NCBI GenBank assembly: GCA_902594545.1
Contig: CACJMO010000001.1
Coordinates: 21,112-85,111 of the forward strand
Direction of reading: 5' to 3'
From: an uncultured SAR86 cluster bacterium
GTDB taxonomy: Bacteria; Pseudomonadota; Gammaproteobacteria; Magnimaribacterales; Magnimaribacteraceae
DNA length: 64,000 nucleotides
Of this stretch, positions 56,272 to 64,000 are shown piece by piece. The first letter of the stretch is position 1, and each line of letters opens with the position of its first letter. A program made the position numbers and the translations under genes. Below the pieces are notes generated by a model. That model did no database searches. It had not been told where the DNA came from and was given only the letters and a program-made list of their open reading frames with translations.

Positions 56272-58010
56272 GTCTTCTTATCTTTTGCTAACCACATGTA
56301 ATCCATTGCATTCCCAGCTTCCAGCATGGGGTAAACATGCTCATTTGGATCAACATCAACATCGAGGAACACCAATTTATTTTTGAGGGAGATACACTCC
56401 TTCATTGCAGCTTCAAGATCTTTAAATTTTGAAACTTTTATACCAACATGGCCATAGGATTCTGCTAAAGCAATAAAGTCAGGTAGCGAATTTTCGTAAG
56501 TACTTGAAGAATGACGTCCGCCATATTGCATGTCTTGCCACTGTTTAACCATTCCTAGTGCAGCATTGTTTAGATTTATAATTTTTATGGGTAAACCATA
56601 CTGCAAACAAGTTGATAGTTCTTGAATACACATTTGAATACTGCCTTCACCCGTTACACAGGCTACGGTTGATTCTGGATAAGCCAACTGGACTCCCATA
56701 GCCGAAGGAAGACCAAAACCCATTGTTCCAAGACCCCCAGAATTGATCCACTGTCTTGGTTTATCAAAATGATAATATTGGGCTGCAAACATCTGATGCT
56801 GACCAACATCAGAAGTGATGAAGGCTTGTCCTTCTGTTTCTTTGTAGAGAGACTGAACTACTTGTTGAGGAAGTATTTTTCCATCTTTGGGCCCTTGCTC
56901 GAGCAAGGAATGATTAAGGCCATGCTCTTCTCGCCAGTCATCAACTTGTTTATTCCAAGCCGATATTGCCTCTGTATTTAGTGTTAAGTCTCTACTTTTT
57001 AACTCTTGTATTAGAGAAGAAATACAGTCTTTTGCAGAACCTACTATAGGCACATCAGCATGTATAATTTTAGAAACTGAAGCTGCATCCACGTCTATAT
57101 GAATTTTCTTTGCACCCAACGCAAATTGCTTGGGGTCATTGGTGATTCGGTCATCAAACCTTGCTCCAATAGCAATGATTAAATCTGCATTGTGCATAGC
57201 CATATTAGCTTGATAAGTTCCATGCATTCCCAACATGCCCATAAATTGAGGATCAGAACCTGGAAAAGCACCCAATCCCATTAACGTATTGGTTACAGGA
57301 AAGTTAAGTAATTTTGCCAATTCTGTTAATTCTGCAGAGGCGTCATTTTGTATAACTCCTCCTCCTGAATAAATAACTGGTCTTTTGGCACTCTCTATGA
57401 GATCTGCTGCTTCGCTTATTCTTTTAGGATCTCCCTTAATAGGCGGATTGTAGGACCTCATCTTTATCTCTTCAGGATAGCTATAGTCGAACTTATAGTC
57501 AGGATCTGTGAAGTCTTTCGGTATATCAATGACAACAGGGCCAGGCCTTCCGGTTGTAGCTATGTGGAAAGCTTTCTTTATTATTTCAGGTATTTCTTCC
57601 GCTTTCTGAACTAAGAAACTATGTTTAACTATTGGTCTAGAAACACCAATCATATCGGTCTCTTGAAAGGAGTCCGTCCCGATTAAGCCTGATTTAACCT
57701 GACCAGAAATAACTACAATAGGGGTTGAATCCATATAGGCTGTAGCAAGACCTGTAATTGCGTTTGTTGCCCCGGGACCTGAAGTCACTAAAGCAACGCC
57801 AGGCTTGCCTGTAGATCTAGCGTAACCATCGGCAGCATGGACAGCTCCTTGTTCATGTCTAACTAATATGTGGTCAACATAGTTTTGATTAAAAATGGCA
57901 TCATAAATATGTAAGGCAGCTCCTCCGGGATATCCAAACATAAGCTCCACCCCTTCAAGATGAAGTGAGTGAATCAAAGCTTCTGCACCAGATTTTTTTG
58001 CGTTATCCAT
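56265..58010 (-). CDS. ilvB: Acetolactate synthase large subunit (biosynthetic)
   Basis: FGYPGGA, RHEQ, TSGPGATN, GMHG, DVGQHQM, SGGLGTMG. Confidence 0.96.
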   Translation of the reverse strand: MDNAKKSGAEALIHSLHLEGVELMFGYPGGAALHIYDAIFNQNYVDHILVRHEQGAVHAADGYARSTGKPGVALVTSGPGATNAITGLATAYMDSTPIVVISGQVKSGLIGTDSFQETDMIGVSRPIVKHSFLVQKAEEIPEIIKKAFHIATTGRPGPVVIDIPKDFTDPDYKFDYSYPEEIKMRSYNPPIKGDPKRISEAADLIESAKRPVIYSGGGVIQNDASAELTELAKLLNFPVTNTLMGLGAFPGSDPQFMGMLGMHGTYQANMAMHNADLIIAIGARFDDRITNDPKQFALGAKKIHIDVDAASVSKIIHADVPIVGSAKDCISSLIQELKSRDLTLNTEAISAWNKQVDDWREEHGLNHSLLEQGPKDGKILPQQVVQSLYKETEGQAFITSDVGQHQMFAAQYYHFDKPRQWINSGGLGTMGFGLPSAMGVQLAYPESTVACVTGEGSIQMCIQELSTCLQYGLPIKIINLNNAALGMVKQWQDMQYGGRHSSSTYENSLPDFIALAESYGHVGIKVSKFKDLEAAMKECISLKNKLVFLDVDVDPNEHVYPMLEAGNAMDYMWLAKDKKTW

Positions 58011-58054
58011 TAATGTATAAGTTTCTTTTCTTCCTAACCTTTAGGAGGTTGAGC

Positions 58055-58082
58055 ATTGTGACATTTGATAGTGCTAAGTCAA
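58055..58082 (-). promoter_or_regulatory. Possible sigma70 promoter of the ilv operon
   Basis: TTGACT, 16-bp spacer, CACAAT with an upstream TG on the minus strand. Confidence 0.35.
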
Positions 58083-58104
58083 GAAAACCTTGTAATATCA
58101 ATAC

Positions 58105-59049
58105 TTAAGGGGTTTTGGAAATAGAGAAATTGAAGTTTCCATCTCTGGAAATAACTATGTCTGAAAATTTTGGGATTTCTTCAAGAATATAGTGAGTTAA
58201 CCGCTCGTAATGCATAACAAATCTATAGACTTCATCTTTAGTCATTATTTTCTTTTTTAGCTCTGGATCAGTTACAGTTTTAGCGAGAGTTTGCTCTTGA
58301 ATCCATCTACTTTGATAAACAAATTCCATACTTGGAACTTTGATCATTAACAGTAAATCAAACATATTAAAAAGAGTTTGATAATCCTTAGATAACTCTC
58401 TATTGCTCCACTTAGACCACACCCCTTCAGGATCTTCTTCGACCTCAAGTTGATTTATAGGTCCTGCCCAATCTTCTTCTGAAATAGGTTTTGCCCCTCC
58501 ACACCAAGCGTCAAAAAAAATGAAGTGAGGTCTTCCTTTGTAAACGGGCCATTTTTCTTGTGGGTAATGTCTATCTTCTGGTTTACAAAAAGAAGGGATT
58601 GGCGTCATTGCATCAGAGTTTGCTGCGGACAGCCTTTCAATTAAATTTAGACCCATATCGATATCATGTGTCCCTGGAACCCCTCTGACATAACAAAGAG
58701 GATGTATTGTTTGAGCTAATAATTTTCTTTCTTCTTGGGATTTGTAAATATCATCAATCGAGAAACCCATTGCAGGCCTTTTTAAAACCTCTGAAAGCAA
58801 TTTTTGAATAAAAAAAGATAAAGTAGTCTTTCCTGACCCCTGGCCTCCTGTGAAACAAATAAAGTAAGGCTTATCCCTCCTTGGAAATTTATTATCAAAA
58901 TAAAGAGCGATGGGAACTACTATCTCTTTTAGAAAATCCTCGCTTAGGTCGTCAATTTTCAATTCACGAGCTAAATCATGCAAAATTGGTTTAGCTTCAA
59001 TAAGTAAGCTATTGCATACCGTTTCTTCTGAAGAAGGAAATTGAATCAT
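58105..59049 (-). CDS. P-loop kinase, D-glycerate 3-kinase (GLYK / class III)-like
   Basis: GGQGSGKT, SIDDIY, RGVPGTHD motifs. Confidence 0.72.
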   Translation of the reverse strand: MIQFPSSEETVCNSLLIEAKPILHDLARELKIDDLSEDFLKEIVVPIALYFDNKFPRRDKPYFICFTGGQGSGKTTLSFFIQKLLSEVLKRPAMGFSIDDIYKSQEERKLLAQTIHPLCYVRGVPGTHDIDMGLNLIERLSAANSDAMTPIPSFCKPEDRHYPQEKWPVYKGRPHFIFFDAWCGGAKPISEEDWAGPINQLEVEEDPEGVWSKWSNRELSKDYQTLFNMFDLLLMIKVPSMEFVYQSRWIQEQTLAKTVTDPELKKKIMTKDEVYRFVMHYERLTHYILEEIPKFSDIVISRDGNFNFSISKTP

Positions 59050-59050
59050 T

Positions 59051-59911
59051 TTATTGAAGTCTTTTTAATAGGCTTGAAGTGTCCCATCTATTTCCGCCCA
59101 TGTCCTGAATATCTTTGTAGTAGTTATCAATAATTTCAGTAATCTCTATTTTGGCATTATTTTCTTTAGCCTCTTCTATCGCGATCTTTAAATCTTTACG
59201 CATATGGTCTACAGCGAAACCATGATCATAGAAGTCCTGAGACATGGATTCCCAGCGATTTTCCATCTGCCAAGATTGAGCTGCACCTTTTGATATAACT
59301 TCCATAACATTTGCAATATCCAGGCCCGCTTTTTCAGAAAAATGTATGCCTTCAGCCAGTCCCTGAACTAATCCAGCTATGCATATTTGATTAACCATCT
59401 TGGTTAATTGACCTGAACCCGATGGTCCCATTAATTTTGAAAATTTACTATAGGTAGATATGGTTGAGCTTATTTTTTCAAAGGCATCTGCTTCTCCTCC
59501 AGCCATTATCGTAAGAGATCCAGCTTCAGCTCCAGCTTGACCTCCTGAAACCGGTGCGTCAATGTAAGATACTCCCTTTTGCATACTTAAATGATGCATC
59601 TCCCTAGCAAGCTCAGCAGATGTAGTCGTATGATCAACAATAATTCCGCCTGGTTGCATCTCACTAAGCAAGCCCTCTTCTCCTGAAACTGTTTTTCTAA
59701 CATCATCATCATTTCCTATACACAAAAACACTTCATTACAATTTTTTCCTATCTCAGCTGGGTTGGTACATGTATGTCCTTTGTAGGTTTCTAACCAGAC
59801 GTCTGTCTTAGATTGTGTTCTGTTATAGACCATAGTGGAAAAGGTCTTAGACAAGTGCCCGGCCATAGGATTTCCCATAACACCTAAACCTATAAAGCCT
59901 TTATATTTCAT
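59051..59911 (-). CDS. Beta-hydroxyacid dehydrogenase (3-hydroxyisobutyrate dehydrogenase / tartronate-semialdehyde reductase family)
   Basis: GFIGLGVMG, DAPVSGG, GQLTKMVNQ, KDL; ATG 59911 overlaps the pgeF stop (ATGA). Confidence 0.9.
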   Translation of the reverse strand: MKYKGFIGLGVMGNPMAGHLSKTFSTMVYNRTQSKTDVWLETYKGHTCTNPAEIGKNCNEVFLCIGNDDDVRKTVSGEEGLLSEMQPGGIIVDHTTTSAELAREMHHLSMQKGVSYIDAPVSGGQAGAEAGSLTIMAGGEADAFEKISSTISTYSKFSKLMGPSGSGQLTKMVNQICIAGLVQGLAEGIHFSEKAGLDIANVMEVISKGAAQSWQMENRWESMSQDFYDHGFAVDHMRKDLKIAIEEAKENNAKIEITEIIDNYYKDIQDMGGNRWDTSSLLKRLQ

Positions 59912-60600
59912 ATTTTTCTCCAAATAATGGTGATCATTCTGTTATTCGTTTCATTTCGCCTATACGAAAATAAAGAACTGGATTCAAATGAACATATAGC
60001 TGAGTCTTCTACCTCAACATTTCTCTTTTCCATAACTCTTTTAGCTTCAGTTTGAAGACTGAAGAGCCATTTGTCGCTTTTAATTTTTTCAAAACTCAAT
60101 TCTGATTCCTCATCTTTCATTTTAAATGAATCGTAAACTTCTTTTCCGACCTCGTAGTTCCTAGAAGTGATTGAAGGGCCAATCCATGCAGAGAGTCCTT
60201 GATCGGCTTTGGCAATTTTTTTAATTGATATCTCCAAGATGCCATTCAATAATCCTCTCCATCCAGCATGAACTACTCCGAAAAGACTACCGTCAGTACG
60301 TGATATCGCAACAGGTAAGCAGTCTGCTGTTAGGACACCCAAAGCCAAATTGCTTTTATCAGAAATTAATCCATCAGTTCTTGCCACAGAAGAAGACTTA
60401 TATTCACTAACTAAGTTAATTCTATTCCCATGGACTTGCTCCATAAACTGAATAGGAGTTTCTTTAAAACTTGAACAGTCAGCCAACAGTTTTTCTTTAT
60501 CAGAACTTATATTGTTCTCTTCAAAGTAATATTTCGTCATTGTTAGGCATTCAATTTGCTTTCCTAAAGGTGTCGAAGGGGAGATCAATTTAGATTTCAT
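59908..60600 (-). CDS. pgeF: PgeF/YfiH peptidoglycan editing factor / purine nucleoside phosphorylase-like
   Basis: QVHG, TADCLP, HAGWRG, FSYRR; adjacent to rluD. Confidence 0.9.
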   Translation of the reverse strand: MKSKLISPSTPLGKQIECLTMTKYYFEENNISSDKEKLLADCSSFKETPIQFMEQVHGNRINLVSEYKSSSVARTDGLISDKSNLALGVLTADCLPVAISRTDGSLFGVVHAGWRGLLNGILEISIKKIAKADQGLSAWIGPSITSRNYEVGKEVYDSFKMKDEESELSFEKIKSDKWLFSLQTEAKRVMEKRNVEVEDSAICSFESSSLFSYRRNETNNRMITIIWRKI

Positions 60601-61544
60601 GAATTTTTAAGAGCACTCATTAAATCCCCCATATCCGAAGGTATTTCTGACTCAAAAGAAATTGCTTTGTTAGTGCTTGGATGTGTCAATTCAAGCTGAG
60701 CTGCATGCAAGGCTTGTCTTTTAAAATCTGCAATTTTCTTAAGAACAAGGTCTGAGGATCCGGGAGCAAATTTCTTTCTTCCTCCATAAGTTGAGTCTCC
60801 AACTATAGGATGACCTATATGAGAGAGATGGACTCTTATTTGATGAGTTCTTCCAGTCTCTAAATTTACTTTTAATAGTGAATAGCCTGCAAACGACTTT
60901 TCTACAGATATTCGTGTTATAGCTTCTTTACCTTTCTCATTTACGGCTTGTTTGGTTCTCTTGGTGGGATGCCTGCCTATCGGCTCATTTATAACTTTAT
61001 TAGAAACAGGAGAGCCTAAAACAATAGCAAAATAAGTCCTTCTCACTGATCTTTCTTTTAATTGACTTACAAGATTTAAATATGAAGGTTCAGTTTTAGC
61101 CACCACCATTAACCCCGATGTGTCTCTATCTAACCTATGAACAATGCCAGCACGAGGAAGAAAGCCTGACTTTTTGTTAAGAAATAGAAGACCATTCATA
61201 AGAGTGCCGGTCATATTTCCCGAACCTGGATGAACTACAAGGCCAGCAGGTTTATTGATAATCAGTATGTCATCATCTTCGTGAACTACGTCGAGAGGTA
61301 TGTTTTCTGGCTGATCATCAAGATTGGGGGTTTCCCAGAAATTCACTGAAATTACATCTTCAGCTTCTAAATTTTGTTTGGCCTTTACAGTTTGATTATT
61401 AACCAACAAAACCCCGTCTTTTATCCATTTTTGGATATGGGCTCGGGAATAGGTATCAAATTCTCTCGCAGAGATCTGATCAACCCTATCACCTGCGTCA
61501 GTTGAGCTGACAACGTAATTTAGAGTGATCTTTTTTTTATCCAT
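60597..61544 (-). CDS. rluD: 23S rRNA pseudouridine synthase RluD
   Basis: S4 domain, NKPAGLVVHPG, HRLDRDTSG, TGRTHQIR; divergent from bamD. Confidence 0.92.
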   Translation of the reverse strand: MDKKKITLNYVVSSTDAGDRVDQISAREFDTYSRAHIQKWIKDGVLLVNNQTVKAKQNLEAEDVISVNFWETPNLDDQPENIPLDVVHEDDDILIINKPAGLVVHPGSGNMTGTLMNGLLFLNKKSGFLPRAGIVHRLDRDTSGLMVVAKTEPSYLNLVSQLKERSVRRTYFAIVLGSPVSNKVINEPIGRHPTKRTKQAVNEKGKEAITRISVEKSFAGYSLLKVNLETGRTHQIRVHLSHIGHPIVGDSTYGGRKKFAPGSSDLVLKKIADFKRQALHAAQLELTHPSTNKAISFESEIPSDMGDLMSALKNS

Positions 61545-61620
61545 AGTTATAGAAAATATTGAACCCAGCAAACCTTTTTCTGTCCAAGAACTATTCTGAT
61601 CTGTAGAATTCGTAACTTAA

Positions 61621-62496
61621 ATGTCAATCGTTCACAATTATTTTAATACTAGCAAGAGAAATCTCAGTCTTTTGAGTATTTTTATTTTATCAATCGTGAT
61701 CTCCTCCTGCTCATCTAATGAAGAAATGCCAGATGAAAGATTGTTAGAAAAAGAATTATATGATCAAGCTCAATTAAGACTTAAAAACGAAAACTTTTCC
61801 ACAGCTATTCGAAGTCTTGAAGCATTGGAATCTAGATTCCCTTTCGGGAGGTACGCAGAACAAGCTCAAGCGGAGCTAATTTATGCCTACTATATGAATT
61901 CGCAATTTGAAGCTAGTCAATCTGCTGCAGAACGTTTTATAAATTTACATCCAAGACATACTCACTCTGGCTATGCCTACTACATGAAAGGTTTGGCATC
62001 ATTTACAGATGATTCCGGTTTATTTTCTAGATATTTTCAATCTGATCTTGCCAAAAGAGAAGTCGTCATGGCCCAACAATCCTTTGATGAGTTATCAGAT
62101 TTCATAGCGAGATATCCTGATAGCAAATATGTGCCTCATGCGAAGCAAAGAATGATATATCTAAGAAATCTCTTAGCTCAACACGAGGTTTATGTTGCAG
62201 ATTTTTATATGAAAAGAGGAGCCTATCTCGCTGCAATAGGGAGAGCGAAATATGTTATTGAGCATCTGCCAAATACTCCTCAGACTCCGTATGCCTTATC
62301 TATCCTCGTTGAAGCCTATGGTTTAATGGATTACGAAGAGCTAAGAAAAATAAACCTAGAGATACTCAATTCAAATTATCCTAATTTTAATATTCAAGAA
62401 AATGAATCAGTTACTGAGCGCTCTTGGACAAATATTCTGACTCTGGGATTGCTTGGGAATGAAAATATAAAAAGACCCGACAATCTTTCACCTTAA
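61621..62496 (+). CDS. bamD: Outer membrane protein assembly factor BamD
   Basis: ISSC lipobox; RFPFGRYAEQA, FINLHP, YPDSKY TPR motifs; conserved rluD-bamD divergent arrangement. Confidence 0.93.
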   Translation: MSIVHNYFNTSKRNLSLLSIFILSIVISSCSSNEEMPDERLLEKELYDQAQLRLKNENFSTAIRSLEALESRFPFGRYAEQAQAELIYAYYMNSQFEASQSAAERFINLHPRHTHSGYAYYMKGLASFTDDSGLFSRYFQSDLAKREVVMAQQSFDELSDFIARYPDSKYVPHAKQRMIYLRNLLAQHEVYVADFYMKRGAYLAAIGRAKYVIEHLPNTPQTPYALSILVEAYGLMDYEELRKINLEILNSNYPNFNIQENESVTERSWTNILTLGLLGNENIKRPDNLSP

Positions 62497-62498
62497 TC

Positions 62499-62690
62499 AT
62501 GTGGCAAATTCTAATATTAATTGGAATCATCTTAGCAATATATCTAATGGGCAAAATTGTAAAAAAGCCCAGCAACTCAATTGATGGGGTCAAAACAGAA
62601 ATGGTCAAGTGCTCTAGCTGTTCTTTGAATATCCCAAAGGAAGATGCTTATCGTAAAAATGATTTATGGTACTGCAAGAAGGAAAACTAA
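62499..62690 (+). CDS. Small membrane-anchored Cys-motif protein (PP0621-like)
   Basis: N-terminal TM, MVKCSSC...P...A...YC; located after bamD. Confidence 0.7.
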   Translation: MWQILILIGIILAIYLMGKIVKKPSNSIDGVKTEMVKCSSCSLNIPKEDAYRKNDLWYCKKEN

Positions 62691-64000
62691 AATCTATATC
62701 TAACCTTTACAGTAAAAGTATCTGCTTGGGGATCATTCCAAGGTCTTTTGTAGATCTCTTCGAGATCATCTTCTAGATCTGTCTGAACTATTCTTCCTCC
62801 TCTTGAATAAACAACATACAAATAAGCTAAGGGCATGATTTCATATCTGTAACGAACCTGAAAAGCTAAATCACTTAAAGTGAAAGGATCGAGTGAGATA
62901 TTTAAAGGATTGAGGTTACCGTAAGCATCTCCTAAATATGGTACGGGATTTCTAGCAGTGAACGCTACCATTTGTGCTTTAATCCGAAGTTCGTGTTTGT
63001 TCCCTCCAAACCAATTCAAATCAGCCACAGTAGTTCTCTGTTTTCTTGAATAAACTCCAAGCAAGTTATCTTGAAGCCAATTAAGCCATTGCTCTTCTTT
63101 TAGATGTTGGTGATAAATTGAAAAATTTAAGTTATCCCTAGGGGCAAAACTTAGCTTAGAAGCATATGAGGTAGAAAAGCCTAAAGCCGAACGCCATTGA
63201 CTTCCTTTTTCTCTTTTTAATTCAATAAAGTAATTAAAAAAGTTTCTAGAGGGGCCGCTGAATTGAATATTTGATCCATAATTCTCGGGTTTAATTATGA
63301 AAGGCGCTGTGGGATCCTTACGGGTTATCCAATAGTCTTTACTGGAAGTTCTATAAAAATTTGTAAACTCGATAAAGGAGGTATTTTTAAGATAAGTCTT
63401 ATAGGTTAGGTAAGTAAAATTATTTGATTTATCTAGATCACCATTGGCTTCGTAGCCAACTCCCAGTTCAACCTGATTAGACTGAAATATAGAATCTTCT
63501 CCATAGTCGGTGAATTTCAGACCATTTTGAGATCCAAAAAATAGCCAGTTATTCTCCATTTGATAACCCATATCTGTTATGTCTAGGTTTTCATCAAAAT
63601 AGAAGATACCCAAGTCATGATATCTCGCTTTTGTAGGAGAAGAAGTCATCCTAAATCTAAATGCATTTCCAGAATCTTTTTCAACTAACTCATCATCTAC
63701 TTTAGAGTTAATAAAAATTAGGTCATAGCGTAAGGTATCTTTAGGCCTATAAATTATATCCACAGAATTTACATTTGCCTCTCTATCCAATACTGGTCTT
63801 TTTGTATAAGTTGTTAAATATCCTATTGAAAACTTTTTTTCAGCCTTTCGAAGCCTTAATGAATAAAAGTCTCTACCTTGGCTAAATTCTTCATCCGCTT
63901 CAGAAGCACCTAAGAAACCAAAATCATATGACTCATTCTGTTGTGTGTAACGAACTGCATAATCGATGTCAGATATACCTACCTGAGAGGATTCGCATAA
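62687..64000 (-). CDS. 3' part of a large outer-membrane protein (DUF5916-like); runs off the right edge
   Basis: Frame stays open from 63790 to the window end; beta-rich; ends YVVYSRG...KVRYRF (BAM signal). Confidence 0.62.
   Translation of the reverse strand, partial: LCESSQVGISDIDYAVRYTQQNESYDFGFLGASEADEEFSQGRDFYSLRLRKAEKKFSIGYLTTYTKRPVLDREANVNSVDIIYRPKDTLRYDLIFINSKVDDELVEKDSGNAFRFRMTSSPTKARYHDLGIFYFDENLDITDMGYQMENNWLFFGSQNGLKFTDYGEDSIFQSNQVELGVGYEANGDLDKSNNFTYLTYKTYLKNTSFIEFTNFYRTSSKDYWITRKDPTAPFIIKPENYGSNIQFSGPSRNFFNYFIELKREKGSQWRSALGFSTSYASKLSFAPRDNLNFSIYHQHLKEEQWLNWLQDNLLGVYSRKQRTTVADLNWFGGNKHELRIKAQMVAFTARNPVPYLGDAYGNLNPLNISLDPFTLSDLAFQVRYRYEIMPLAYLYVVYSRGGRIVQTDLEDDLEEIYKRPWNDPQADTFTVKVRYRF

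Noticed and set aside
58011-58104. Leader-peptide attenuator for the ilv operon
   Set aside because: Short leader with only a 5-bp hairpin; no Leu/Ile/Val-rich peptide or terminator seen.

Overview
Gene-dense, AT-rich bacterial chromosome window with very short intergenic spacers. Gene content and streamlining suggest a marine heterotrophic gammaproteobacterium of the SAR86 type; this is an inference, as no rRNA gene is present. Core genes lie at both ends: partial coaE on the left, and pssA, ilvC-ilvN-ilvB, pgeF-rluD and bamD on the right. Between a stand-alone tRNA-Ala(TGC) at 4.6 kb and a stand-alone tRNA-Ile(GAT) at 47.1 kb lies about 42 kb of catabolic and scavenging enzymes (lipid, amine, nucleoside, phosphate, sulfonate). 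A Fur-boxed heme-uptake locus follows at 47-54 kb. Two candidate undescribed systems stand out. (1) At 45.66-46.0 kb is a self-contained transcription unit: sigma70 promoter, two tandem glnA-type (glutamine-I) riboswitch aptamers, an anti-Shine-Dalgarno hairpin, a 46-aa basic orphan peptide and an intrinsic terminator. This suggests a glutamine-induced small-protein nitrogen regulator outside cyanobacteria. (2) At 23.7-38.3 kb is a module with a 2606-aa FecR / acidic linker / 12x cadherin / TbpB-like barrel protein, a Slam (T11SS)-like TPR-barrel, TetR, a CHASE2 adenylate cyclase and a DUF481 barrel. It is flanked by an MloK1-like cyclic-nucleotide-gated K+ channel and a BacNav-like channel with a TYDDW filter, suggesting surface contact -> cAMP -> ion-flux signalling. 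Also noted: a possible circularly permuted PAS insert in a metallophosphoesterase and a hidden 50-aa ORF. No CRISPR array, integrase or transposase was recognised. All family assignments come from motif recognition by eye, not database searches.
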